Of a stretch of 64,000 bases of DNA, positions 9,789 to 20,209 are shown in pieces; the first letter of the stretch is position 1, and every line of letters starts with the position of its first letter. Origin of the DNA: an uncultured Spirochaetota bacterium (GTDB lineage Bacteria > Spirochaetota > Brevinematia > Brevinematales > JAOACQ01). Made by a program: the position numbers and the translations under genes. Under the pieces are notes generated by a model. That model was not told where the DNA came from, made no database searches, and worked only from the letters and a program-made list of their open reading frames with translations. The stretch covers positions 480,001 through 544,000 of the forward strand of contig CAWIGG010000002.1 in NCBI GenBank assembly GCA_963835575.1, given 5' to 3'.

Positions 9789-10943
9789 TTATTTTCCGTT
9801 CCACCGGAATTCTTTCAGTGCAGGGTCGTTTTTAAAATTGTTCTTGATCAGGTTCAGGTCGTCGCTCCCATAGCGGGCCATCAGGGCGTTGGCGATATCG
9901 ACGGCGGCCGCGTTTTCGATCACGACGCCGCATGCGGCCACGGCCGCGACGTCCGAACGCTCCGTCGCGGCGCTCTCGTCCTTTTTTGTTTTGACATTGA
10001 CAGTCTTGAGCGGACTCATCAGGGTAGGGATGGGCTTCATCACAGCCCGGAAAACAATGGGATTGCCGTTAGACATGCCGCCCTCAATACCGCCGGCGCG
10101 GTTCGTCCTTCTATAGTATTGCTTTTTTTTACCGTCAAAGAAAATCTCGTCATGGGCGTCTTTGCCTGAAGTGGAGGCGTTTAAAAAACCGATGCCGAAC
10201 TCGATGCCTTTGACGGCCTGGATGCTCATAACCGTCCGGGCGATGTTCGACTCCAGCTTTTCACAGGAATTCTGGTAGCTTCCGAGGAATGGCGGAACCG
10301 GGCGTATGATCGTTTCGATGATGCCGCCGATGGTGTCGCCCTCCACTTTGATTTTATCTATCAGAGCTTTGATTTCGGCCTCTTTTTCAGGAGAACCGGC
10401 GCTGCGGAGTTCAGAGGCCTCCGCTTTCCGCTTGATTTCGTCTATTGAAAGCGGCGCCGTATCGACGGTGATGCCGCCCCAGTTGACGACATGGGAAATA
10501 ATTTCAATGCCGAATTCCTCTAAAAAAATACGGGCAATGCTGCCGGCCGCTACCCGGGCGGCCGTTTCACGCGCGCTTGAGCGCTCGAGGACCTGGCGCA
10601 TATCATCTGTCAGGCCGTACTTGTACGCCCCGATCAGGTCGGCATGCCCTGGGCGCGGTTTTAAAACCGGCTCGGATTCCTTATTCTTCCAGTTTTCATA
10701 ATCCTTGTTCCAGATGATAAGAGTAATGGGTGCGCCGTTTGTTTTTCCCTTGATAATGCCCGAGATGATCTCGGTGCGGTCGCTTTCTATTTTCATCCGG
10801 GCGCCGCGGCCGTATCCGCCCTGCCTTCTCGAAAGCTCGCGGTTGATATAAGTTTCGTCAATCTTTAAATTGGAAGGGATGCCTTTTATTGTGACGGTCA
10901 TTCCCTTTCCATGCGATTCGCCGGATGTGATGTATTCGATCAT
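9789..10943 (-). CDS. aroC: Chorismate synthase
   Basis: TSGESHG, PRPGHADL, ERSSARETAARVAAG, RAVMKPIPT. Confidence 0.97.
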   Translation of the reverse strand: MIEYITSGESHGKGMTVTIKGIPSNLKIDETYINRELSRRQGGYGRGARMKIESDRTEIISGIIKGKTNGAPITLIIWNKDYENWKNKESEPVLKPRPGHADLIGAYKYGLTDDMRQVLERSSARETAARVAAGSIARIFLEEFGIEIISHVVNWGGITVDTAPLSIDEIKRKAEASELRSAGSPEKEAEIKALIDKIKVEGDTIGGIIETIIRPVPPFLGSYQNSCEKLESNIARTVMSIQAVKGIEFGIGFLNASTSGKDAHDEIFFDGKKKQYYRRTNRAGGIEGGMSNGNPIVFRAVMKPIPTLMSPLKTVNVKTKKDESAATERSDVAAVAACGVVIENAAAVDIANALMARYGSDDLNLIKNNFKNDPALKEFRWNGK

Positions 10944-11020
10944 AAACAATTCCTGATATATTTTTCATTATTTTAATGCTATTTAATTATAATATCAATC
11001 AAAGAAATTATAATTAATGG

Positions 11021-11107
11021 GTCTTCCGCTAAGGCACGCGAATGCACGCCAATGAATTCATAATCAAATACTTTAATTCGCGTTTATTCGCGTGTATTAG
11101 CGGATTA
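11021..11107. repeat. Family A inverted arm pair (REPIN-like)
   Basis: Left arm gtcttccgctaaggcacgcgaatgcacgccaat (11021-11053); right arm attcgcgtttattcgcgtgtattagcggatta (11076-11107). Confidence 0.8.
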
Positions 11108-11125
11108 TCAAGTTTCCAATACAGT

Positions 11126-12685
11126 TCAATCGACTCTATAGTGCGTCCCGATGCTTTCGCGGTTGGCCAGGGCATGCTTGGCGACGATCAGGCCCGTCTG
11201 GACGGCGTTGCGGAGCTCGATGATGGATTTGCAGACTTTCGTGTCGCGGTAGAAATCCTCAATGTCTTCCTTTAAATTATTGAGATCAACTATGGCCCTT
11301 CTGAGCCTTTTTGTACCCCTGACCGCCCCGACATAATTCCACATGATATTTTTCAGCAGGTTCCAGTCCTGATTGATCAATGCCGGGTCAACTTCTTCGG
11401 TAATGCCAGTGTCGATCCAATCCTGGATTTTTGAAAAACCCAGGTCTGTCATAAAATCCTTTCTGTTTTTAGTGATATGTTCGGCGATCCTTTTCCCGAA
11501 AATCACGCCTTCAAGGAGGGATGTGCTGGCCAGACGGTTCGCCCCATGCAGGCCGGTGCATGCTGATTCGCCGGCGGCAAAAAGCCTTTCGATGCTGGTC
11601 CTGCCGTTCATATCGGTCAGTATTCCACCGCATGAAAAATGAAAAGCCGGTACTACGGGGATCGGCTGCATCGTGATATCGAAGCCGTACTGCAGGCAGG
11701 TTTCGTAAATATTGGGAAAGCGGGCTTTGATATCCCCGCTGCCTATCCGGGTGACATCCAGATAAACAAATTTCTCGCCCGATTCCAGCATTTCGTTCAG
11801 CATGGCGCGCGTAACAATATCCCTGGGCGCGAGGTCTTTCTGCGGATGGTATTTCTCCATGAACTGGTGCCCGTTCTTATCAATAATGACGGCTCCCTCG
11901 CCCCGGACGGATTCGGAGATCAGAAAATTATTGGCCTTCGGATGGTAAAGAGTCGTCGGGTGGAACTGGGTATATTCCATATTAATAAGTCTGGCGCCGG
12001 CCCGGTTTGCCATAGCGTATCCGTCGCCCGTGGCCAGGTATGGATTTGTCGTATGAAGGTAAATCTGGCCCATGCCGCCCGTGGCCAGAATAACGACTTT
12101 TGAAAGGATCTTCTGGACTGTTTTGTTTTTATTATCAACGGTATAAACGCCCATGGATGTGATCGGCTGGTACATACGGAATTTATCCGTTGAATGGTGG
12201 TCCAGGGTAATGATATCAATGGCGGTATGATCGACAAGTTGTGTGATATTTTTACATTTTTCAATGGCTTTTACAGCCTTTTGCTCAACGCTTTTTCCAG
12301 TCGAGTCAAAGGCATGGAGGATCCTGCGGGTGGAATGAGCCCCTTCTTCCGTCAGGTCGTATTGCCCTCTTTCGTCTTTTGAAAATTCGACATGGAAATT
12401 CTTGATGAGGACTTCTTCCACGGCGCTGCCTGATTCCAGCGCGACAATGCGGGCAGCTTCGGGATTGGAAATGCCTCCGCCGGCGCTCATAATATCATTA
12501 TAGAGAAGTTCGGGCGAGTCTTTTTTTCCCCTGTAGACAATACCGCCCTGAGCATAGTATGTATTGCTTTCCTGTAATTGATCCGCTTTATTGATCAGGC
12601 CTATTGAAAAGCCTTCTTTAGAAAGGTAATAAGCGCAGACGCATCCGGCGATCCCGCTTCCCACAATAACTACATCAAATTCCAT
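11126..12685 (-). CDS. nadB: L-aspartate oxidase
   Basis: GSGIAG, SNTYYAQGG, QFHPT, LISESVRGEG, GLHGANRLASTSLLEG. Confidence 0.96.
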   Translation of the reverse strand: MEFDVVIVGSGIAGCVCAYYLSKEGFSIGLINKADQLQESNTYYAQGGIVYRGKKDSPELLYNDIMSAGGGISNPEAARIVALESGSAVEEVLIKNFHVEFSKDERGQYDLTEEGAHSTRRILHAFDSTGKSVEQKAVKAIEKCKNITQLVDHTAIDIITLDHHSTDKFRMYQPITSMGVYTVDNKNKTVQKILSKVVILATGGMGQIYLHTTNPYLATGDGYAMANRAGARLINMEYTQFHPTTLYHPKANNFLISESVRGEGAVIIDKNGHQFMEKYHPQKDLAPRDIVTRAMLNEMLESGEKFVYLDVTRIGSGDIKARFPNIYETCLQYGFDITMQPIPVVPAFHFSCGGILTDMNGRTSIERLFAAGESACTGLHGANRLASTSLLEGVIFGKRIAEHITKNRKDFMTDLGFSKIQDWIDTGITEEVDPALINQDWNLLKNIMWNYVGAVRGTKRLRRAIVDLNNLKEDIEDFYRDTKVCKSIIELRNAVQTGLIVAKHALANRESIGTHYRVD

Positions 12686-12700
12686 GAATATCTCCCGATG

Positions 12701-13468
12701 TTATAATTCGGATAATATAAGCGGTTTGCCGTCGGTAACAGCGATGGAATGTTCCCAGTGGGCGGCAGGCTTTTTATCCAGGGTGACCACGGTCCATCCG
12801 TCGCTTTCGGTCCTGACCTGATAGCCTCCGAGCGCGATCATCGGTTCGATCGCCAGGACCATCCCTTTTTTGAGCCGCGGGCCTTTCCGCTTCGGGTCAT
12901 AATAATTGACAATCGGCGGTTCTTCATGCAGGGCTTTTCCGACTCCGTGCCCGCAGTAATCCCGGATGATTCCGTAACCTTTGGGCTGGAGGTAAAAAGA
13001 TATGGTCTTGCCGATGTCATTTAAATAACTGCCTTCTCTTGCCGCGTTGATTCCCAGCAGTAAGGATTCATAAGTCTCGATCACAAGCTGTTTAACTTCA
13101 GGCATGACATTCCCCACCATATAGGTATAGGCCGCGTCCCCGTAATAACCGGACAGAATTGTCCCGACATCAATACTGACTATGTCGCCGTCTCTTATCA
13201 CCCGGCTGCCGGGTATGCCGTGGATCACCTGCTCGTTAATAGAAATGCATGTGGCGGCGGGATATCTCGGGAAATGAGGGGCCGGTTTATATCCCTTGAA
13301 AGATGGAATGGCGCCTTTTGAAAGGATAAAATCCTCGGCGATCCGGTCGATCTCCCCGGTCGTAATACCCGCCCTGACATAAGGTTTTAAATTAACAAAA
13401 AGCTCCGCTATGATATGATTGCTTTTTTTAATATATTCGATTTCAACGCTGTTTTTAATCAGTATCAT
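12701..13468 (-). CDS. map: Type I methionine aminopeptidase
   Basis: CISINEQVIHGIP, GHGVG..LHEEP, AIEPM, AHWEH. Confidence 0.97.
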   Translation of the reverse strand: MILIKNSVEIEYIKKSNHIIAELFVNLKPYVRAGITTGEIDRIAEDFILSKGAIPSFKGYKPAPHFPRYPAATCISINEQVIHGIPGSRVIRDGDIVSIDVGTILSGYYGDAAYTYMVGNVMPEVKQLVIETYESLLLGINAAREGSYLNDIGKTISFYLQPKGYGIIRDYCGHGVGKALHEEPPIVNYYDPKRKGPRLKKGMVLAIEPMIALGGYQVRTESDGWTVVTLDKKPAAHWEHSIAVTDGKPLILSEL

Positions 13469-13471
13469 GTT

Positions 13472-13942
13472 TTATTTTGCGGACGCTTCTTTGACTTTCA
13501 GATCGGACATTTTCTTTTTTTCTTCCTCAAAGATCGCGTCAAAATTAATGGACGGTCCGGAGACAAAAGCGTCTTCAATGATCTTATCGACATCCTTTTT
13601 CTGCCCGGCTGTAATGATAATATTCCCTTTCACGACAACGCCGGGTTCCATTGAAAGCTGGGGAGTGGTTATATTGCCCAGGACCCTGCCGGTGGAGAGA
13701 AGCTTTACTTCATCCAGCGCTTCGATATCGCCCAGGACAACCCCCGCTATGGTGACCTTTTTTGCCCGGATGACTTCGGTCTTGACCTTGCCGGTTTCGC
13801 CGACATAAAGGTGTTCCTCGGACCGGATTTCCCCCTCGAATTTTCCGTCAATCTGGAAAGAACCATGGACAAAAAATTTACCCTGAAATACCGAACCTTC
13901 ACCTATCATTGTATTGATTGAGCCTTCGGCTTTTGGCGGCAT
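13472..13942 (-). CDS. Bactofilin (polymer-forming cytoskeletal protein)
   Basis: TMIGEGSVFQG...IDGKFEG...VTIAGVVLGDI beta-helix pattern. Confidence 0.9.
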   Translation of the reverse strand: MPPKAEGSINTMIGEGSVFQGKFFVHGSFQIDGKFEGEIRSEEHLYVGETGKVKTEVIRAKKVTIAGVVLGDIEALDEVKLLSTGRVLGNITTPQLSMEPGVVVKGNIIITAGQKKDVDKIIEDAFVSGPSINFDAIFEEEKKKMSDLKVKEASAK

Positions 13943-14046
13943 AATGACCTCCTTTTATTGCGATCAGAGAAAAGTGCAATTGCGTATTATATCGTCAATT
14001 TAACCCTATGATTATAACATAAAAATTAATTTCACGTTATATTTAT

Positions 14047-14889
14047 TCAGTTATTTATAAAGGAAGGCACAAAACTGCGGAAATATTTTTCAGCCTGTGC
14101 CAGATCCAGGCCGAAACGGCCGATTTCCTCTTTGCTGTCATCTCCATGAAAATCGCTTCCCGCTGTCAGAATAAGGCTCTTTGAAAAGGTCTCTTCAATC
14201 TTCCTGGATAGATCATGCGAGATTTTCGGGTGTTTATATTCAATTCCAGACAGACCGGAAGAGATCATTTTATCGAGATAATTCCAGTTTTTTGAAGTAT
14301 ATAAAAAAGTCGGATGAGCGGCCACGGCATTTCCGTTATTTTCTTTGATGGTGCGGATGATATCATATGTGTTGACTTCTCTTCTCGGAATATGGCAGGG
14401 GCGCCCGCCTCCCAGGTATTTATCAAAAACCTCATGCGTGTCCGCCGCGTAACCCTGCCGCACCATTTCCCGCGCTATATGCATCCTTCCGACAGGGGCT
14501 TTGTTATTTTTGATAATATTATTGATGTCTAAATTTATGTTGTATTTCTTCAGGCAGTCCAGGATGCGCATCGCCCTTCCGAGGCGCGATTCCTTGAACT
14601 GCCGGGTGAGACCGTCCATTTTTTTATAGGAAAAATCAGAAAAATACCCCAGGATATGAAGTTCCCCCGTCTCTTCAAGAAAAGTCGAGAATTCGCATCC
14701 GGCGATAAAAAAAAGGCCGGTTTTTTTTCTCTGAAAAACTTTAATGACGGATTCAATCCCCTCAAAAGAGTCATGGTCGGTGAGGGCGAACCCGGGAAGG
14801 CCCTTCTGTATGGCCATAGAGGTTATGTCTTCCGGGCTGTAAAGCCCGTCCGAAAAATTTGAGTGTATATGCAAATCGACTAATTTCAA
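14047..14889 (-). CDS. PHP-domain phosphoesterase (TrpH-like)
   Basis: DLHIHSNFSDG, ALTDHD, AHP, GSDFHG. Confidence 0.92.
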   Translation of the reverse strand: MKLVDLHIHSNFSDGLYSPEDITSMAIQKGLPGFALTDHDSFEGIESVIKVFQRKKTGLFFIAGCEFSTFLEETGELHILGYFSDFSYKKMDGLTRQFKESRLGRAMRILDCLKKYNINLDINNIIKNNKAPVGRMHIAREMVRQGYAADTHEVFDKYLGGGRPCHIPRREVNTYDIIRTIKENNGNAVAAHPTFLYTSKNWNYLDKMISSGLSGIEYKHPKISHDLSRKIEETFSKSLILTAGSDFHGDDSKEEIGRFGLDLAQAEKYFRSFVPSFINN

Positions 14890-14933
14890 AGAAAAGCTCC
14901 TTTATTAACAATTTAATTCAAAAAGTCTTTTAA

Positions 14934-15064
14934 GTCTTCCGCTAAGCCACGCGAATACACGCTAATGATAATTATTTCAATTATAAATATATATTTTTGA
15001 AATTATATAAAAACATCAATTTTTAAATTATTATAATATCTTATTCGCGTCCATTAGCGGATTA
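14934..15064. repeat. Family A inverted arm pair; right arm overlaps the 3' end of the DUF1667 gene
   Basis: gtcttccgctaagccacgcgaatacacgctaat (14934-14966) and attcgcgtccattagcggatta (15043-15064). Confidence 0.75.
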
Positions 15065-15438
15065 CTCGTTCCTTTAGATTGACGATTTGTTCCTGATGTT
15101 GCTATCAGATTGACGCCTTTCATGATAAAATCGTGTATAAGTATCTGTCCCTCCGATACAGGCGCTTTAAAGGCTTTTTCCCTGATAATCGCCATTGCTT
15201 CAAACAGCTTTTTTTGGGGGATCGGCCTGTCGGTCCGGACGCTCGCAAGGCTTTCAATCCCGCCGGTTACTTTAACGGTCGATGTCAGCGTTCTCTGCGG
15301 ATTGTCCATTTCTTCGCGGGCATACTCAGCGCCTTTTTTGCAGACGGCGTTTTGGACTTCATAATGCCCGTTTTTTTGCTTTATAATTGTCATCAGGCAG
15401 CTTTTCGGGCAGAGTATGCAGGTGAGGGATGTTTTCAT
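15031..15438 (-). CDS. DUF1667 CxxC protein (usual third gene of GlpA-like oxidoreductase operons)
   Basis: TCILCPKSC, CKKGAEYA..E..NPQRTLTSTV; start at ATG 15438 with AAGGA upstream. Confidence 0.88.
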   Translation of the reverse strand: MKTSLTCILCPKSCLMTIIKQKNGHYEVQNAVCKKGAEYAREEMDNPQRTLTSTVKVTGGIESLASVRTDRPIPQKKLFEAMAIIREKAFKAPVSEGQILIHDFIMKGVNLIATSGTNRQSKGTSNPLMDANKIL

Positions 15439-15892
15439 AAAGATTCCTTTATATTTACCACAAAGACACAAAGAGCACGAAGAAACACGAAGATTGTATT
15501 AGCGGCATTTATTGTAATATAAAAAGCCATTTATTAACATACCTTTCTTATAATATCCGATTGTTCACGCGGATTAGACGGATGCCTCGACTACGATCGG
15601 CACAAGTTCCGCGGATTTGCGCGGATTGGGATTGGATTTTAATCGGAATTCTAATATTCATAATTAATTCCATTCATCTTTTCAAAATTAACATTAAAAA
15701 TATTGTTTAACTTTTTCCCATATTGAAAAATAATTGTATCTTTTCTTGTATTAATATAAATTAATCCGCTAGTCAGATTTTCATCATATAAAGATTTAAT
15801 AATTTCACCCTTATTATTAATGAATAATGCCCCCCCACCTCTTTTATCTTCTCTAATAAAACTATATAAAAAAATATTAAAATTTAATATAT

Positions 15893-17658
15893 GGCCCTAC
15901 TGCAAAAACAATCCTACCGATTCATGTACAAAAGTTGCATAACTCGTTATAATATATGCACATGAATCAGAGAGAGGTCAAAATGTTCAAGCTGAATCAG
16001 AGACATATAGAACAGGATTTATATCCGGTAAGATATGAAATGAACCAGGAAATGAGAGAAAGTTTAAATGAAAGCTGGGCCGGGCTTTTTTACCAGAAAG
16101 TTTTCTCAAAAATAAATGAGCGGAAGTTTGCTCCACTATATGACCCAAAACTTGGTAGGAGTAATTTCCCGGTCAACATATTAGCCGGGCTGGAAATCAT
16201 GAAAGAGCTATTCTCTCTGACCGATGAACAGTTGTTTGAGCGGTATCGATATGATTTATCGTTTCGATACGCGCTGGGATTGGAAGACATCAACGCGCAG
16301 CAGATGTCGATCAGGACGTTATACTATTTTCGTGCCGCTGTGGCGGAGAATCAGGACGGGCTTTTTGACGTTATATTTGATGAGTTTCGGGATCTTTTAA
16401 TTGGAGAGGTCGGGATCAAAACCGGACTGCAGAGGACAGATTCTGTAATGATTGGGGCCAATATCAAGCGGCTGAATCGGGTTATGCTGTTTCATAAAGT
16501 GTTGTCCAATATGGCGGAAGATGTTTCCAATGCTGGATTTTCCTTAAGTGAAAGATGTAAGGATTTTCTAAAACAAAATGAGGACGGATTCAGTTATCGA
16601 CTGAAAAAGGAGAATTACGAATCGAAAACGGTGGAAATTGGCGAGGAAATATTCGGGCTGATTACAGAGAACGTGTTTCACAATAAAGTCAGGAAACAAA
16701 AGAGTTTCCGGCAGGCAATGAGACTTTTGCGGGAACAATGCCGGATAGAAAAAGAAGGCAAGGTGACGCTGAAGCTGCCGCGGGAAATCAAAGCCTCATC
16801 GATGCAGTCGCCGGTGGACGAAGACGCGACCTACCGGGAGAAGCGGGGAAAACAGTATGTCGGGTATAAGGTGAACGCGGTTGAAACCTGTGACCCTCAA
16901 AATCCGATGCAGGTGATTACCAGCATAGAAACCGCATCGAATAATGCTGACGATGGGGATTTATTCCGCAGGCAACTATCTAATTTAAAAAAGGAAACGA
17001 ATATTGAAACAGCGATAAGCGATGGCGGTTATAATTCTGAAGACCTTCGGAATGAGAGCGGCGAAGACGTTCAACTGGTAATGAGCGCGATACGCGGCGT
17101 CGATCTGGAAGGGATAAAAAACAAAGCGAAACTTTCTGAGTATACAGACCCAAAAACCGGCAAATATGGGATGTGTCCGGCGGGAGAAATCCCGAATAGC
17201 ATTATTGAAAATGAAGATGGTTCCGTGGTATTGAATTTTGATGTAAAAAAATGTGCCGCCTGCGATAAGAAAGAAAATTGTCTGGCCTGTGTCGGCAAGA
17301 AGCAAAGTCGGCTGGTAATAGACGCCAAAAGGGAATGGATGGATGAATTTTTGGAATTGATATGTATGGATGCAGGAAAATTTCTGATGGGACTACGCCC
17401 TGCCGTAGAAGGATTGATGAGTTTATTGAAACCAAAGTATTTGAGCGGCAGGATTTTGTTCCGTGGTCTGGTAAAAGTCAAAACCCGCATGCTTTTAAGG
17501 GGAATCGGGATTAATTTCAAGAGATATCGGGGCTATTTGGCTGATAAATCGAAGGCTGCCGCCGACATGGCCTTTGATTTCTTAATCTTTTTCCTTGTGC
17601 GGTTGAAAATTTGCCGGAATATCCCCTATGCTTGTGTTTGAATTTTTTCAGCAGGGCC
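15893..17658 (+). mobile_element. IS1182/IS5-like insertion sequence
   Basis: IRs GGCCCTACTGCAAAAA and (reverse) GGCCCTGCTGAAAAAA, 14/16 match; duplication ATATAT at 15887-15892 and 17659-17664. Confidence 0.88.
15983..17641 (+). CDS. DDE transposase (IS1182/IS5-like, with Cys cluster)
   Basis: GRSNFPV, RTDS, SPVDEDATYREK, GYK, SDGGY, CPAG, CxxC, RPAVEG. Confidence 0.88.
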   Translation: MFKLNQRHIEQDLYPVRYEMNQEMRESLNESWAGLFYQKVFSKINERKFAPLYDPKLGRSNFPVNILAGLEIMKELFSLTDEQLFERYRYDLSFRYALGLEDINAQQMSIRTLYYFRAAVAENQDGLFDVIFDEFRDLLIGEVGIKTGLQRTDSVMIGANIKRLNRVMLFHKVLSNMAEDVSNAGFSLSERCKDFLKQNEDGFSYRLKKENYESKTVEIGEEIFGLITENVFHNKVRKQKSFRQAMRLLREQCRIEKEGKVTLKLPREIKASSMQSPVDEDATYREKRGKQYVGYKVNAVETCDPQNPMQVITSIETASNNADDGDLFRRQLSNLKKETNIETAISDGGYNSEDLRNESGEDVQLVMSAIRGVDLEGIKNKAKLSEYTDPKTGKYGMCPAGEIPNSIIENEDGSVVLNFDVKKCAACDKKENCLACVGKKQSRLVIDAKREWMDEFLELICMDAGKFLMGLRPAVEGLMSLLKPKYLSGRILFRGLVKVKTRMLLRGIGINFKRYRGYLADKSKAAADMAFDFLIFFLVRLKICRNIPYACV

Positions 17659-18274
17659 ATATATACTTTGCAAAAATACTTTTACTGAATTTTGCATTTT
17701 GATCAGGATTTTTAATATTTTCTTTTATATTTATTTTATTTAAATTTAAATTGATAAATTCAACAGGCATATGTATAGAAGTCTGATTATTATAATTATT
17801 TATTATATTTGTGATATTCAACCCGCTTTCCAAAATTAGTTTCTTTTCTATTTTCAGTTCTATGTTTTCAACTTTTAAAACATACTTCCTACCAATAAAG
17901 AAATTGGTGCCTGTATAATCAGGATATAGTATATATGTGTCCTTTCCCTCGATCATAGGCGGTAAGTTATTAATGAGGATTCCATTGTTGCCTACCCCAA
18001 TCTTAATAACCAGATCCCCATTATTATTCATTGAAATTGTTTTAGTTTCATTTAATGAATCCTCTAGGGCTCTTTTGAATGCAAATGTGCCACTAAATTC
18101 AAACTCCTTTATCTTTGCCAGATTGATATCCCTGGTATAAAGGGTTATTTTTATTATTTCCCGGAATTCCCCTTTTTTTTCCACAAATTCCACATATTTT
18201 ATGTAATCATCCCAGGTCAGGCTGTTATACTGGCCTTCCCAGTCCTTTTTTATTAGACTTCATATATTCATAAA

Positions 18275-19558
18275 GGGCGGTTTGAAAAACCCACGTATCA
18301 TATACAAATAGTATATAAAAACATATAATCATAGTCAAAGAAAACAGAGGTAAGGCTATGACAAAAATTAAGCGGAAAGACCGTAACTTGTTTGAATATC
18401 AGGAGCGGATGGAAAAGCTAAGCGGCGTAAAAACACCGCTGGATAAGCTTAACAGGGTTGTAGACTTTGAGATGTTCCGGCCGCTGTTAACAGAGATTTT
18501 GGCGCCGAAAGAGCAGAAGGCGCCGGGCGGAGCGCCACATTATGACTATGTTTTCATGTTCAAGATACTGATATTCCAGAGGTATTACAATCTTTCCGAT
18601 GAGCAAGCGGAATTTCAGATCAATGACAGGTTATCCGTTCAGCGATATCTTGGGATAACACTTTCGGACAAAGTTCCGGACTACAGTAAAATCTGGGAAT
18701 TCAAGGAAAAACTGATGAAAGCGAAAGCAATAGAGAAACTTTTTAAAATATTCGATGAGAATCTTGAGAATAAAGGTGTGATAGGGAAAGCGGGCGTTAT
18801 GGTAGACGCAAGTTTTGTGGATGTTCCCCGGCAGAGGAACAGCCGCGAAGAAAACAAGAAAATAAAAGAAGGCGAGGTTCCGGAAGATTGGAAAGATAAT
18901 ACGCATAAGCTTTCCCATAAAGACACGGATGCGCGCTGGATGACCAAGAATAAAGAGAGGCATTACGGATACAAAAACCATACAAAGGTTGATGTGAAGT
19001 CAAAACTTATTCGTTCTTATGTCACGACAGATGCGAGCGTTCACGATTCACAGGTAGTTGAACCTCTATTGAATGAGAAAGACAAAGGGAAGCCGTTTTA
19101 CGCGGACAGCGCATATGTTGGCCCAACGGTAGCAGGAATATTAGAAAAATTTGAGATGAAAAACCGGATTCACGAAAAAGGATACAGAAATAAGCCATTG
19201 ACGGAGAAGCAGAAAGAAAAAAATAGAAGAAAGAGCCGCATCCGAGTTCGTGTTGAGCATGTTTTTGGTTTTGTTGAAAATAGTATGAACGGCAGTACAA
19301 TACGATCGATAGGAAAAGAAAGGGCAGAGAGCCAAATCGGGCTGATGAATCTGGTTTATAATTTAGCACGGTATGTTGTGGTAAAAGGTCGAATTGCGTC
19401 TTGTGCGGCTTAAAATACAGAAGATATGGATAATATTGCCCGTGTTTGGCTGAATTTTGGTAATAGAAACAGTTTTTAACCTGTTGGCAGAAATATTTTT
19501 AAAATATTTTCTATTATCAGGGAAGTGTTGATAAATTAGGCGGTTTTTAAAACCGCCC
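18275..19558 (+). mobile_element. IS5-family insertion sequence
   Basis: IRs GGGCGGTTTGAAAAACC and (reverse) GGGCGGTTTTAAAAACC, 16/17 match; duplication TAAA at 18271-18274 and 19559-19562. Confidence 0.92.
18358..19413 (+). CDS. IS5-family transposase
   Basis: YNLSDEQAE, VDASFV, DTDARW, YGYKNH, SVHDS, ADSAY, RVRVEHVFG. Confidence 0.95.
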   Translation: MTKIKRKDRNLFEYQERMEKLSGVKTPLDKLNRVVDFEMFRPLLTEILAPKEQKAPGGAPHYDYVFMFKILIFQRYYNLSDEQAEFQINDRLSVQRYLGITLSDKVPDYSKIWEFKEKLMKAKAIEKLFKIFDENLENKGVIGKAGVMVDASFVDVPRQRNSREENKKIKEGEVPEDWKDNTHKLSHKDTDARWMTKNKERHYGYKNHTKVDVKSKLIRSYVTTDASVHDSQVVEPLLNEKDKGKPFYADSAYVGPTVAGILEKFEMKNRIHEKGYRNKPLTEKQKEKNRRKSRIRVRVEHVFGFVENSMNGSTIRSIGKERAESQIGLMNLVYNLARYVVVKGRIASCAA

Positions 19559-20209
19559 TAAAGATAATCGTTATATCCTCTGGGTATGCCGATATCAATA
19601 ACTGCTATCATTCCGAAGAAATTGAAAATAGTTTTGCGCTCAAAAATGTAAGATGTATTGCTGATATTTACAAATGGTATTAAAGGCTTCATATTCCGGA
19701 TAAACTCAGAACAATTCGTCTCTTTTCCATATTGTTTAAAGTATTTATCCTCACTTGAATAATAATTAAGCACCTGAAGCGCATTATCAAGACTTCCGTT
19801 TATTAAATCCACACTGCTATAATCATCCGGTAATATATCATATTCAATAGGTCTTCCAGTAATCTTGTTTGTCATTTTAGAATTAGGATTGTAAACATAT
19901 TCTTTTGCTTCTTTGTAGTTGAATCCCTTTGCTGTCAATTTAGTTTTATCAATACTTTTATTCTCAATCCACCCGCTCTTTCCTGAAGAACTGGCAACAA
20001 AAAATCCATCGCCGTTCCCTTTCAGCACACGGAACGTATAGCCAGGTTCAATATAATCGATTTTTGTTTTTTTAACATATATCCCCTGTATATCCTCATT
20101 ATAGGCGTATAGTTCTATCCGCTTATTTTCTTTGAAAACATTATCCTTCTGTTTTAGAAATTCCTCTGGTTTCCATTCGGCCAGGGTGTTGGTACTGACC
20201 CATCCTGAC

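Noticed and set aside
17648..18193. Independent 181-aa gene
   Set aside because: Middle fragment of the IS-disrupted gene; its stop lies inside the IS end
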